A stretch of 64,000 bases of DNA, from NCBI GenBank assembly GCA_030704615.1, contig CM060733.1, positions 11,346,001 through 11,410,000 of the forward strand, in the 5' to 3' direction. Made by a program: the position numbers and the translations under genes. The notes under the pieces are model-generated. The model was not told where the DNA came from and ran no database searches. It saw nothing but the letters and a program-made list of their open reading frames with translations. Position 1 is the first letter of the stretch. The number at the start of each line of letters is the position of its first letter. The DNA comes from Takakia lepidozioides (Eukaryota > Plantae > Bryophyta). Below, in pieces: positions 24,969-37,830 of this stretch.

Positions 24969-27390
24969 TTATGCAGCACGGATATTCGATGTCAGCACAT
25001 TAGTGGGAGCCTCCTGTAGATTCCACGTGAGAAGGGATTTTGCGATGCGTTCTGCTACCTCTACATTTGAATGGATTCTGCAGGCACCAAGCAAGGCCAT
25101 CCACACTGCAGTACCTGGTTCAATTGGCATTTTGTTAATGAACTCCTCTGCATCATCCACATGCCCTGCGCGGCCGAAAAGGTCCACCAGGCAGCCAAAA
25201 TGCTCCTCTGTAGGCATGAAACCATGATCTTGACTCATGGAATCAAAGTAGTGACAGCCTTCATCTACCAGGCCCATATGGCTGCATGCAGAGAAAACTC
25301 CTAGAAAGGTGATACTGTTTGGCTTCAAGCCATGTTGTTGCATTTGTTCAAATAGTTTGAGGGCCTCCCTACCACACCCATGCCGAGCATATCCTGCAAT
25401 CATCACATTCCAAGAGACCACATCAGATTCAGCCATATTGTCAAACATTTGGCGTGCTTCATTCATGTTCCCGCATTTGGCATGCATGTTCACAAGGGCA
25501 GTCTCCAGAATTGTATCTGGCACAATTTGAGCTTTGATGAGATCAGCATGGACCTCTTTGCCCTTTTCCAGTGCTGTCAGGCTGGCACAAGCGTTGAGAA
25601 TGCAAATGAATGTAACTTTGTCCGGCGTCACCCCTTCCTGTACCATTTGCTCATACATCTCCAAAGCCTCCACACCACACCCATATTGAGCATATCCTGC
25701 GATCATTGTACTCCATGAGATGACATCTCGATTAGACATCTTGTCAAACACTTGCCGCGCATCCTTCACACTCCCACATTTGGCATACATGTTAACAAGG
25801 GTATTCTCCAACTTGATATGTGACCCAATTCCAGCTTTGATGATGTAACCATGGACTTCTTTGCCCTTTTCGAGGGCTGCCAGACTGGCACACCCATTGA
25901 GAACAGAAGTGAATGTGACCTCGTTGGGTGTCACTCCACTCTGTATCATTTGCTCATAGATCTCATAAGCCTCCATACCATACCCCTGCTGAGCATATCC
26001 TGCGATCATTGCACTCCATGAGACCACATCGCGTTGAGCCATATTATCAAACACTTGGTGCGCATCCTTCATGCTTCCGCATTTGGCATACATGTCGATA
26101 AGGACAGTCTCCAGAATGATATCTAGGGGGATTCTAGCTTTGATGATGTCAGCATGCACATCTTTGCCCTTTTCCAGGGCTGCCATCCTGACACATGCAT
26201 CAAGAATGCAAAGGAACGTGGCTTTGTCTGGCTTCACTGCTTCGTGTTTCATTTGCTCATAGATGTTGAAAGCAGCCCTACCGCACTCCTGCTGAGCATA
26301 TGCTGCGATCATCACATTCCAAGCAACCACATCTCGTTGAGCCATATTGTCAAACACTTCACGAGCATCCTTCATGTTTCCACATTTGGCATACATGGCA
26401 GCAAGGGAAGTCTCAAGCATGATATCTGGTTCAATACTAGCTTTGATGATGTCAGCATGGACCTCTTCACCCTTTTGCAGGGCTCCTGAGCTGGCACACG
26501 CCTTGAGAGCGCAAATGAATGTAACCTTGTTGGGCATCACACCTTCCCGTATCGTCTGCTGGTAGATCTCCAAAGCCTCCCTATTGCACCCATGCTTCAC
26601 ATATCCTGCCATCATCATAGTCCATGTATACACATCTCTTTTAGGCATTTTGTCAAGTACTAGGCGTGCATCCACCACACTTCCACACTTGGCATACATG
26701 TTGACAAGCATATTGAGTAGGAAGATGTCTGCCTTGAATCCACTCTGAATGATGTGAGCGTGTACTTGCTTTCCCATTTCAAGGTTTTCAATTCTGATGC
26801 ACCCCCGCAGGAGACAAACATAAGTATTAGTATCTGCTGAAATCCCTTGGGTGTGCAAAATATGCAGGGCCTTGGTCAGTTCTCCTGCCTTGCATAGTGA
26901 CATTATATCACCATATAGGGCTTGACCATGTATCATGGCAGTTAGCGCTGCTTCCACCCAAGGAGGGTTTGATTGACTCTGAATCCAAAGGGCCTCGTTT
27001 GTGTGCCTATGTCTGAAGTCTGGTGATCTTGGACTTATCTGCAAGAACAAGTAGTGGGCAGCTAAGCAGCCTTAGTCAAACCACAGCCTCTCTTTGACCA
27101 GGCTACAACAAGCAGAGCTCCAACCATCTTCCAAATAACAGGGAACAACCTACTGACAGCAACAGTAATCACCACATTTTTATGATGAAGAAAAAATTAG
27201 TCATTAATTAAGGGCATGGAATACCATCTGTCCACAAAACATCATCATGTGGGCTGACTTACAAACCCTCCTGACAAATTTTATCACTCTGTGAATGAAG
27301 ATAGCCTGACCTTATCAAACCTGTTATCCCACCACTGTAAAGGATCTGAAAAGAACTCCTGCCAGAGTTGTTCACTGGTCTTTTCTTCAC
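24969..27390 (-). CDS. PDF-motif + PLS-class PPR protein (17 PPR motifs + E1 + truncated E2); upstream exons unresolved
   Basis: Exon 27390-27311 (EKTSEQLWQEFFSDPLQWWDNRFDK, AG/GT bounded) splices in frame to exon 27038-24969 (ISPRSPDFRHRHTNEALWIQSQSNPPWV, then an uninterrupted L-S-P array, P2-L2-S2 and E1 AVWMALLGACRIH). Confidence 0.85.
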
Positions 27391-27917
27391 CTGTGAGCAA
27401 GAACTACAAGACCATGAGAACTGGGCCAGTTTCTTAAGGATCACTTGTGCTTAGACACATATCTCAAGCAGTTTCTAGTTCACCTGGATTTTACTGAGGA
27501 AGGCTAGTGTAGGATTTCAGTAAGCTTCACCTCTGACTCTCTCTCAAGGATGGCCTGCACTCTCATAGACAGTGTCATATTGATTGGGGATGTGTGTCAG
27601 AATGGATTGTTTAAGAAGCTCAAGACATTGCTGACAGCTGTGACCCTTGGCTCTAATTGCTTGAGTGATGGCACAGAATCTGAAAGGGCAGAGTCAACTC
27701 ATTTTTGAAGGTAAGTCCAGCAACTGGAGAAAGACTTCTGTTACAATGATGCCCACAGATCAGTCACATGGAATCCCAGCAAGATAATCACTTCCTTGCA
27801 GCATGTTTGGGTTTTGGAACATCATGGTCATTGAGAGACACAACTGCGACTCCGGATGCCAGAAAGTTCTCAATGCCTCTTGTTGTCTGTTTCTCCTGTG
27901 GGAACACAGGCATTCAC

Positions 27918-28003
27918 CTTTTTGCCTCGATTGTTGTATCCTCAACTGGGGTTTGCAAAATATCTGTTCCAAGGCTTCTCCACTTGACTTTTTGGACGTT
28001 TGC
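27918..28003 (-). pseudogene. Degenerate additional PDF-motif first-half exon
   Basis: AG|..KSQVEKPWNRYFANPS*GYNNRGKK|GTGAATGC; same donor context as the exon at 4989-5084. Confidence 0.65.
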
Positions 28004-29117
28004 CTGCAAGCCCAGTAGCAGAATCATGTCACGAACACCCAGATCCACTAATTCAGCAACTTGTAATAAACTTAGGGTGCATGTTGTTCCAACTCGATGT
28101 GGAATTCAGACCTGAACTCTGGAATAGATGAATCGCCTGAAATACTAGAAGTGCACTCAGTTGAAAGTTCCCTAGTTGATAAAGGCTTGCATCACTGCTA
28201 GGTGGAGCTGCTCTATCCCTCCCCTTTCAAGAAGATGCGATTCACTGAGACACAATACAACAATAGTAAGTGTATGGGACATGCCTAGAAAGTTTCCTTG
28301 AGATGGAATGGGGAGCCTGAAAGTTGTGAAAGGTGTGATGACTTGCAAGCCCAGCAGCAACAACTGCTATAGGAACATCACAAACTTTGAGGGTTGAGTA
28401 AATCTAACCAAGACTCCACCCATATCCAGAGGGGTGTGGGTAGAGACAGATGAACTTATTACTGAGACTGTGCTTGCCATAGCCTTGTGGCAATAGACCC
28501 CACCCCAATTTGACAGAGGATAAAGGGAGAGACCAGAAGGGAGAAAAGACAACAGGAGACAGATGCAGTGCAATGTGTACTTCTCTGTGTTATGCTTATT
28601 CAATGGCTCTGAAAGCTGTGACCCTCCCGTGGCTCTGAGTTCTAGAGTGAAGTTGTGATGCTATGAGAAAACTGTCTGGAGAAATTTTCTGTTGCTATCA
28701 GGCCCAAATGTCAGGCACAGGAATCCCCTTCTTTGTGGGTCACTAACAGTAAGAGGAAGGCAGCCTCAGTTTAAGTTTCAGTCCAACACCAAGAGTGTGA
28801 AGGGCACCGAGGTGTTTGCTGGGTCCAACTTAAATGACCCATACAATGAACAATCCCTGGCCCCTCCCTGGGCCCATACTGTTGCTGCCTGGAATGACCG
28901 AACCTTGTTCATCTCTACCCTTGACATTAGACAATCATTGCACCCCACCAACCGAGAAGAAGCCGGTAAGGTTTGCAAGATGCAGAGACTGAATCCGCAA
29001 GCCTGCCCCTTTCCCCAATTTACTACAAATGAGAGGAACTGTAGCAGTCCATCTCTTGGCATCTGTTATCCCTCGGTGTAAAGATTGCTACTGATTTGGA
29101 CAAGGACAAAGGCTTAC

Positions 29118-29488
29118 CGGCTTGGAGATTCTGTTTCAGTAACAGCCTTTGGCACAGCAAGTCTGCATTTCAGTTTTGCAGTATCAAAGTACGTGATTTT
29201 CATGTCATTGCCCACACGTCCAATAAGGGGCACTGAGTTGGCAATGCCCTTGCTCCATGTGACCACTGGCCGCTCCTTTTTCTCCACCTTCACGTAGCAT
29301 CCTTGCTCATCCCCCTGGCCAAAAACCTCCTCCTTGTCTTCGATTGGTCTCCATTGCCCCGGAATTGGATTGCAATTGTCTAAAACACATCTCAATCCAA
29401 CCCAGGTCTGAAAATGCAGAGGGGGATATAGTCCACAACATCTTGAAGCTCTCAGCACAGGGCTGGACGTGCTACTCCCACTCTTCAT
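29118..29488 (-). CDS. OSB-type exon 1: putative transit peptide + N-terminal half of SSB OB-fold
   Basis: ATG at 29488, Ser/Arg-rich N-terminus, then ERPVVTWSKGIANSVPLIGRVGNDMKITYFDTAKLKCRLAVPK (resembles OSB RP..I.W.K.LANSV.LIG and SSB N.V.LIGRVG.D). Ends at a GTAAG donor. The second OB-fold half was not found. Confidence 0.65.
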
Positions 29489-29699
29489 TTAATTCATTTC
29501 AGAAACTAACATTCTGTGAACTCGAAGAAAGCCCAAAACTATCACGAGGGGGAAAGCGAGACTCTGGAGTGAAATTTGTATAGAGATGGTCTCTACACTT
29601 TTTACTTGTACTTGGGACATGTTTTCCCTCTCATCTATTCATTCATTTATTTATTTATTTTTGTTTTTTAAGAACAGGGGACTCTTTCTCCCATAAGCA

Positions 29700-30115
29700 C
29701 TACTAGGGTAGCCTGTGCCGTTGGCCCAAGTGTCGAGTGTCATCTAAGTCCAAGTGCATCAATATATGAAGCAAGCCATATCCAATCAGTTTTTTTTTCA
29801 CAGAGCCTACGGCCAGATTTGAACCGGAGACCTTTCCCTTGATATCTCCAGTGTTATCCCTTATATATCCAAGTGTGTCTCCTATGTCGAGACTCAAATG
29901 CGACCTCTAGGGTAGCTTGTGCAGTTGGCCCAAATGCAAGATCTCATATGTATCCTAGTGTGTCTCCTAAGTGAGGCCCAAGTGCGACCTCTAGGGTGGC
30001 CTGCACTGTTGGCCCAAGTGTCCACTGTCATCTAAGTCTAATGAATTAACCATATCTAATCATTTTTTTTCCCACATTGCCTATGACCAGATTTGAACTG
30101 AAGACCTCTCCCTTG
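29700..30115. repeat. Local direct repeats with tRNA-like 3' half (possible SINE remnants)
   Basis: CTAGGGT.GCCTG...GTTGGCCCAAG occurs three times. CCAGATTTGAAC.G.AGACCT occurs twice; its reverse complement resembles a B box/T-loop (GGTTCAAATC). Confidence 0.45.
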
Positions 30116-30170
30116 TTGTCTCTCCCATCAAGGCTCCAACCATTCTCCCGGGATTCTTCTTTTCCTATGG

Positions 30171-33100
30171 TTGTCAAGGAGTACAACGATCAAGGAGTAC
30201 AATGATGACTCTACTAAGCTAACTGATGGAGCTTTGTATCTGTCGATCTCTCCATCAGCATTAAGTTTAAATTTATACACCCATTTGCAACTTATACATT
30301 TGCGATTTGGAGGTAAAAACTGTAACTCCCAAGTCTCGTTTTCCATGAGAGACTCATATTCTTCGATCATTGCTTGCTGCCACTGTGCAGTTTCATGACA
30401 ACGTACAACCTCGTTGTAACTTGATAGCTCTTCTGGCAACGTTGGCTCTTCATGATTTGTAGCAAAATAAGCCTCGTGCAGTCCTGGATAAAACCAATCT
30501 CCATACATCGTTGGTGGCCTTCGTATTCTTGGCTCCAGAGTTGGAGCTACCTCTTGGTCACTTGGTTCTGCTCATCTGTTGGTCACTGGAGATTGCAAAA
30601 CACTGGTGCTTATGGGATGACTCACAAGCAAATCTTGGAGCTCCTGATCAAGCGCTGGTTCCACTTCCACTGCTCCTACTTGCAACATGTCTCCCACTGG
30701 CGCTGCATCTCCCACTGACGCGACATCTCTCACTGACGTGACACCTCCCACTGGCGCCAACACCACTCCTGTTGGCTCTGCATGCAAGTTCTCAGTATCC
30801 TCAATCATGAATGACGTTGCATGGCTGGCTGCCCATGCATCACGTTCAGAGAATATTATTGTCCTCATTGAAAAGAACATCGCGGCTCTCCTCAATAGAG
30901 CGCTTATCATTCAACCAGATCCTGTAGGCCTTACTTGTGAAACTATACCCCATGAATACTCCTTTCTGGCTCTTTGCATCGAGCTTCGTTCTCATGTCTT
31001 TTGGCATATGTACGTATGCATCGCAACCGAACACTCTTATATGTGCAACGGCTTCTCCTTTGTCCAAATCTCAGACGGTGTCTTGACAGGTATCATATGG
31101 GTATACATACGGTTCAGAGTATATACGGCTGTTTGTGATGCTTCCCCCCAAAATCGCGGATGGACATTACTTGCGTAGATCATACTTCGTACCATTTCAA
31201 CGATAGTTCTGTTTCCCGTTCACAGGCTCCATTTTGTTCTGGAGTATAGCCTGCCGTCATCTCATGTTTGTCTGTCTCAAGCTTCATCTGTACTGTGTAT
31301 TGCTTGAAGCTTGGAAGCGCTTGTGACTTCTTGGCAATATGCTGAGTGGTCATCTTTGAAGACGATAAAATATTGCGCACCACCCACGGTCTTCACGCTA
31401 AAAGGCCCAACAAGATCGGTATGAACCAGGTGCCCAACATCTGCTGCTCTGGCTCTGATTTCATTCTTTGGAAAGGGGCTACGGTGATGCTTGCCAAAAG
31501 CACATCCCTCACAAAAAGACGGTTCTTTCCTGTTGGTCAATACCAAGCCTTCCACCATGTTTTCCGCTGCCATATGTTGGATAGATTGGCAGTTTACATG
31601 ACCCAATCTCATATGCCATAACCCTAGGCTTTTCTTGGCTTCAGTCTGACTTTCTCCGGCAAATGGTCCAACCAAACAAGCAACGGCACTACTTCTCTTG
31701 ATTTTGATATAGAGCTGCCAAAGATCATCGGTGATCCCTTCCATAACGACCACGCCACGATGAATGAGCTTTAACCCAGAGTTGTTTCGAATTACCCTAG
31801 TGCCCATTTTCACTGCCCCAAGTTCTGAAAATAAGTTCCGGCCTAAACCAGGAACATACAACACATTTGTCATCTTGCTTTCATACCAGACACCGTTTGC
31901 AAGTACCTCGATGTCAATTGTTCCCACGCCTTGTACCGCAAGTGTGATACCTCCCACTCCTTCTACAATCTCCTTGCGACCAGTGATATCCTCGAAATGT
32001 GTAAACCAGTCTCGCTTGCCTGTCATGTGTTGTGTACATCCAGAGTCAGTGATCCAGATGCTCTGTATGTCTCGTTGCTTTACTTGATCCACTGTGGCCA
32101 TCCAGGCCTTGTAGGTTGATATAGCTGGCTTGGTCTCATCTTTCTCGCCTTTTGTTTTGGCCTCTCCTTTCGCCTTGGGTTCATTTTGACATTCTCTAGC
32201 CCAATGACCCGTCTCTCCACAGTTAAAGCACGTGGTGCTTTTCTTCTCCTTTTGGATGGCTTCTCCCCGAGCCTTCCTCTGCTCCGGAGTCAACGAGGGG
32301 CGGCTTGCTGGTAAGCTAGACGACTGCCCTTCTTTCTTTACAACAAAGGCTTTGTTGGTTTTCGACTCTTCTATTTCGTTTTCCTGCCCTTCCTCCATTA
32401 GCAATCGAGAGGTAAGCAACTCGAGATTTTTGTTGGGACCATCTGGAACACTATCCCAGGCCGAACGAAAATGCTTGAGGTTTGACGATAGGTTACATAG
32501 GACCTTGGCAATCATTGAGGAATCGCTGAAGCTAGCATCTCCCAGTAGGTTCGCAAATGAGTTAAGATCATCTCAATCTTCCCAAGAAAATCAGCGATGG
32601 TATCTTCGTCTTTCATGCTGCACTTATAGAACTGTTCTTGCAAGCGATGCACATTATTTGTTGATCGCTGCTCGTTCACGGCACTGAGCTTGTTCCAGAA
32701 TGACCCTGAGGTCTCGCACCCTATTAAGATTCTTCAACTACTTATGATCGACAGCTTGGCAAAGAATACTAATGGCCTGATTATCTTTCTTCTTCCATGC
32801 GGCAATGGACACATCCTCTCATGCCTTGAGTACGTCATCTGCATTAGCTGTCCGTGTAGGCATTGGCTCTGCACCCGAGACAATGTCCACTAGCTCTTTT
32901 CCCCGAAAAATAGCTCACATTTGGTATTTCCACGCCTTCGCCATTGAATCTCTCAATGTTGCTCAGATCTGCCTTTGAAGAGTCACTCGCCATGACTACT
33001 AACACTTGCTTAAAGAAAAAAAAAACAGATAGGCTGGAAATCAGAAGTTTCAAAGTAGACTCACAAAACAGCATAGAAAAAAAAAACTGTGAGCTTCAAT

Positions 33101-33567
33101 GAGCTTGAACCTAGACTTCCATTTTCTTGTGATGTATTGACAAACATTCCCGGGAAATAAAGACTTTGAATATGGCACTTTCAGAAGCGTGGGCCCATAA
33201 CCTATTGAATATGCTTAATCAAATTCAGCCCACCCGGAAGACAAACGAAACAATCTTTGCCAATAACCAGATCTAATATTGTCAAGGAGTACAACGATGA
33301 CTCTACTAAGCTAACTGATCGATTACTCGATTACTTCTACTTCATGCATCCATCTCAGAGGCTACGATCCAGCAATCTACAGTTCACACAAGTGCATACA
33401 AATCACAAGGCAACGAGAGAATACATCTCAGCTCCGCACCAGCACCTCTGTATATATTCTCCCATCCTGATAGTACTGCTGATTTTTAGGAGTTCTAGTA
33501 AGATCACCGCTACCTACCAGCGGTGGCGACCTCCTATTAAACTGGCATTGATCTAGTTACTCTATCA
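30171..33567 (-). mobile_element. Truncated Ty1/Copia LTR retrotransposon
   Basis: LTR about 33203-33567, followed in element orientation by PBS GGTTATGGGCCC. Gag zinc knuckle CFNCGETGHWAREC, protease WITDSGCTQHMT, LWHMRLGH, integrase CEGCAFGKHHR and HTDLVGP, RT start WELQFLPPNRKCISCKWVYKFK. An LTR piece at 30171-30227 is joined directly to the truncated RT. Confidence 0.93.
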
Positions 33568-34625
33568 AGAAGATTGAAGACTGTCCAGATATGTCGTAGC
33601 AAAAATCTCGTCCAAAATGCTGTTCGCTGCGATGGCTACACCTGTGCTTGGTGTTGAGAGCTGCCTGCTGCTAATTCCAACCCATCCGAGGTGCAAGTTC
33701 AATGTGTTTCGGAGACTCTGGGGGATCCCAAAGGTATTACAAACCTCACCTACGGCCAAAGTTACACGGTTTATGTCGAATATTACCAACACCATACATC
33801 TTGCGGTCGTGCTATTTTGTGGACGAGCATAAAGCTCATTTCCTGTTGTGGCATCACTCCATCACTTCTATCACTCCATCACTCTTATCGTGAAACCCAC
33901 CCGCACAACGCCACATGCTAGTCTAGCAGATCTTTCTGAAAGGGTGGCAAAATTAAGGCAAAAGGCCGTCAAATCGAATGGCTCAGTTGTAACTGCAAAT
34001 CGGCCCTCAAATTTCAGCGCAAACCTTAGTCTAATCCCCTTGTCGGAACCAGATTCAGAACCCAGCTGGGTTAACAAACCTCCCAAGATACCTTTTCGGG
34101 GGTCTAACCTGACGAGTCCCAGCGATTCGGACCTGGAATTGTAAAATCTACGCACTAGTCTGATAGTGCATGCGGCATACATCTCAGCAGTATGGGTCGC
34201 AGAGGTCTGGTTGCTGATAGTATATAGAGATATACCGTAGTATGTGCACCATGAAGACAGATATGAATCGCAAATTACAGTGAACTCTTTGAATCAAAAC
34301 ACGCAATGAATTAATTTGTGTTTGTCTATATCGTGTACAAAATGAGTGCAGCTGCACATTGTCCAAATATCCTAAACGGCAGCCCTCTACAACCCTCACG
34401 AGCTCTTCATGTGCATTTACATGCAGCTTCTCGAAAATACAGCTAAACCCTGAGCTTAGAAGTCTGTTTTCCAAATAACACAGGTACGTGTGCTAGCTAA
34501 ATGGCGCCCACTGCTGATCATCTCTGTGCACAAAATGCGTCGATCTGAGTTGAAACTATTTACACGCGGTATATAATATACACAGGCAATATCCAAAGAG
34601 CTGCATACGGTTGTGAGGCGGCGAT

Positions 34626-34898
34626 CTAGATGGGAAGGCAGCTTGCAACACGGGGATAGACCACGGCAGCCGGGTGCCCCATGATGCGTCGCCCCTTGTG
34701 ATGTTTGAAGCACCACACAAAAGCTCCCACCGGCCATTCAATGGCTGCTGCCACGGCGAAAGCTACCACTCCCAACGTGGGGCCAACCACCCTGCAGTGG
34801 CACGGGTTGCGGTGAGTTCCACACTGGAAACAAGTTGGAATGACGGGGCAGCAAGGAGGGTTTGCAGTCGTCCCAGTCGTAGTCGCGATGGTCGTCAT
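34626..34898 (-). CDS. 90-aa Cys-rich small membrane protein, copy 1 (uncharacterised plant family)
   Basis: MTTIATTTGTTANPPCCPVIPTCFQCGTHRNPCHCRVVGPTLGVVAFAVAAAIEWPVGAFVWCFKHHKGRRIMGHPAAVVYPRVASCLPI. The ORF is intact in three copies, with mostly synonymous differences. Confidence 0.8.
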   Translation of the reverse strand: MTTIATTTGTTANPPCCPVIPTCFQCGTHRNPCHCRVVGPTLGVVAFAVAAAIEWPVGAFVWCFKHHKGRRIMGHPAAVVYPRVASCLPI

Positions 34899-36516
34899 TT
34901 GCGCTTCAAAGATACTGAAAACAGAGGAGTGCAAGAGCAAATGCTGCGAGGCAGAGACGATGTCAGAATGTGGGTCTGAAGAGACTCGAAGAGAGAAGAG
35001 TGATGGCGAGCAGCTGCAATGTCGGAAAAAACTGTAATTCTGAGAAAGAGAAGATGGAGACTGTGGCACGAGATACTGGCAGTTCGCAGGGCAGAGAGTT
35101 TTATATGAGTAGGGAGCCGGCACAACGCCAAGACAGAGACCGAGACAGCTGGCGGCCAGCGCTGCGAGCAAATCAGCTTGGCTTATGCGGCGCTGAAACG
35201 TGGCGCTGCATTAACATTCTGCCAAAGGAACGAAGTTTAGATCCACTAATCTGTTGAAACGTGGTGAGGCTTCAACCTTGAGGCCAGCTATGCACAGTAC
35301 CGCTCAGCACGTGGCCTCTTGGGATGGATTACAATTGACCGGCTGACGCACAAGGTAAGGACAATCATGCATCCAGTATCGACGAGGACGTTCATCCACC
35401 CTCTCAACGTCTTCAAGCAATGAGAACGTCTTGCGTGGCAGCTGGAGCCGTAGAGTAAAGAATCGAGTAAGAGTTCTGGCGAGAGCTTGGTAGGGCTAGA
35501 CGAACTCAGCACGACCTTACTGTGTGGAACGTAGTATTTGTTGGCGACAGTTTGAGTTTGTGCGATGAATTGGTAACATAATAGCTTTGCAAGAGATACA
35601 GGCCCATCGTATTTGTTTGATCAATGTGCAGCAGTGGGAAGGAATAAAATCCCCGGAGACGAAAAAGACACAGAAATGTTCCATTTTATATCCACCGAGG
35701 TTTTATTCCGTTCTCCTGTCAACCATACCTTGCGCAGTTGCGAAGGCCCAGCTAAGGATTTAGTGATCGGCATGTGAAGATCATACACGAACTCAGGGTA
35801 AAAAGGTTCTTGATTAGATAGCCCCACGAATTGGGAAGAGCAGGACTACACCTTGTATATCAGCCTGTTGGGTTTCTGCCTAAAAGAGATTTTGAGACTT
35901 GGGCTGTGGAGAGTGTTGTCCAGGAGCGCATGGTGAACTAACTTCGGATCAGTTGCGCAATTTTCAGCTAATTAAAATGGCCAGCCTGCTCATCGCCCTC
36001 AAAGATAGAACCAGGTTTCAGAGAAGGTCCAAGTAACAGCGAGAAAACCATTGTACCCGAGCATAGTATGTACATAGGTGCGCGAAACAAGATAGATCAT
36101 TGAAAACAGTTTAAGAGGTTGTGGAACAAGTACTTGTTCAAAAAAATTGGACAGTTATAATGAAATTGAAAGAAATTGTATCTTACACAATGGTGCACTA
36201 AAAAATATGTCTACGTTAGACAGGTCTCCAATGCTAACAAGCAGCCTCACAATATGTCACTTCTCGAAATCGCCCTAAAGTTCTTAGAATGATATCCCTT
36301 CACAGAATGGGCACAGAATACCGTGCATTGGTCCAGCTCCAACTAAAATGTGCTAGCTATTTTCAAGTCCACTTGATCAAGAGGAAGTGACCGAGCTACC
36401 GAATCAAGAATTCCCTGACCCCAGGCAGCCAGTTGAAAACATGCTATATTCACACATAACTCGAGACAGAGCTCATGAGGACTCCGAATTCCTATTGACG
36501 CTTGCGAGGCAGTGAT

Positions 36517-36789
36517 CTAGATGGGAAGGCAGCTTGCAACACGGGGATAGACCACAGCAGCTGGGTGAGCCATAATGCGTCGCCCCTTGTAATGTTTGAA
36601 GCACCACACAAAAGCTCCCACCGGCCATTCAATGGCGGCTGCCACAGCGAAAGCTACCACTCCCAACGTGGGGCCAACCACCCTGCAGTGGCACGGGTTG
36701 CGGTGAGTTCCACACTGGAAACAAGTTGGAATGACGGGGCAGCAAGGAGGGTTTGCAGTCGTCCCAGTCGTAGTCGCGATGGTCGTCAT
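36517..36789 (-). CDS. 90-aa Cys-rich small membrane protein, copy 2
   Basis: Same ORF as copy 1 with H>Y and G>A substitutions; 3' flank differs. Confidence 0.8.
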   Translation of the reverse strand: MTTIATTTGTTANPPCCPVIPTCFQCGTHRNPCHCRVVGPTLGVVAFAVAAAIEWPVGAFVWCFKHYKGRRIMAHPAAVVYPRVASCLPI

Positions 36790-37238
36790 TTGCGCTTCAA
36801 AGATACTGAAAACAGAGCAGTGCAAGAGCAAATGCTGCGAGGCAGAGACGATGTCAGAACGTGGGTCTGAAGAGACTCAAAGAGAGAAGAGTGAAGAGTG
36901 ATGGCGAGCAGCTGCAATGTCGGATAACTGTGGCTCTGAGAAACAGAAGATGGAGACTGTGGCACGAGATGAGTTACTGGCACGTCGCAGGGCAGAGAGT
37001 TTTATACGAGCAGAGACCACAACGCCAAGACACACACCGAGACAGCTGGCGGCCATCGCTGCGAGCACACCACAACGTGGCGCCAATATATTATTCAGAT
37101 AAAGTAATAAATTTAACTAAATCAAATTTTTTGCAACGTGGCGGGTATCGACCACAGAACCACAGGCAGGTGACCTATTTTCACTGGTTGGTGCTGAGTG
37201 CGTGGAGTTACCTTTATGCGGGTTATACCTGAGCTTGG

Positions 37239-37830
37239 CTAGTAGCCATGATCGGGGCAGGGTGGCAGGGGAGCACCACAGAGGTTGGGATTGCCGTCGA
37301 ACGATGCTGTTTGGAGGTTGGTGATGCAAAGGGGAATCACGCCACTGAAGTTGTTGTTGAATAAGAGGAGCGCTTGGAGGTTGTTGATCAGGCAGATCTG
37401 CCAGGGAAGGGGGCCGCTGAATCCATTGTTGCTCAGGTCCAGATACTGCACTGCCTGCGACCATCCGAACACTGTGGTCCCTGAGAGAGGGCCGGCCACA
37501 GCTGCGTTACTTAAGGTGAGAGACTGGAGGTGATTTAGATTTGCCCAGGTTGCGGGAATGTCGACCCCATCAAATCCCACGTACGCGAAGTTGAGTGTTT
37601 CGAGATACCCGAGGTTTCCTAGCGATGCTGCGAACACGCCATTGAAGGTCTTGTCTCGATAGAGAAGTGCAGTATTTCCAGAGTGTGAATCGTGAAACCG
37701 ACCGCTCAAGACCAGGGAAATGACACGTCCATTGTTGTTGCAAGTTACACTTGACGTTCCTTGCTCTGTCCACTGGCAGCAGTCGGGGCTGCTGTTGCTC
37801 CACGATGCCAGAAGGTTGAATGGGTCCACC
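37239..37830 (-). CDS. Small extracellular-type LRR protein (LRRNT + about 4 LRRs + C-cap); 5' end or signal peptide not located
   Basis: DPFNLLASW...DCCQW...VTCNNNGRVISLVL, SLGNLGYLETL, YLDLSNNGFSGPLP, NNNFSGVIP, SFDGNPNLCGAPLPPC*. No in-frame ATG at the ORF start. Confidence 0.8.

Noticed and set aside
25003-26565. Plus-strand ORFs overlapping the PPR gene (and similar antisense ORFs over other PPR arrays)
   Set aside because: They are antisense shadows of the repetitive PPR coding sequence.
33691-33921. Possible S-protein-homologue-like small secreted protein (VQCVS...LTYGQSY)
   Set aside because: The similarity is too weak, there is an upstream in-frame stop, and no signal peptide.
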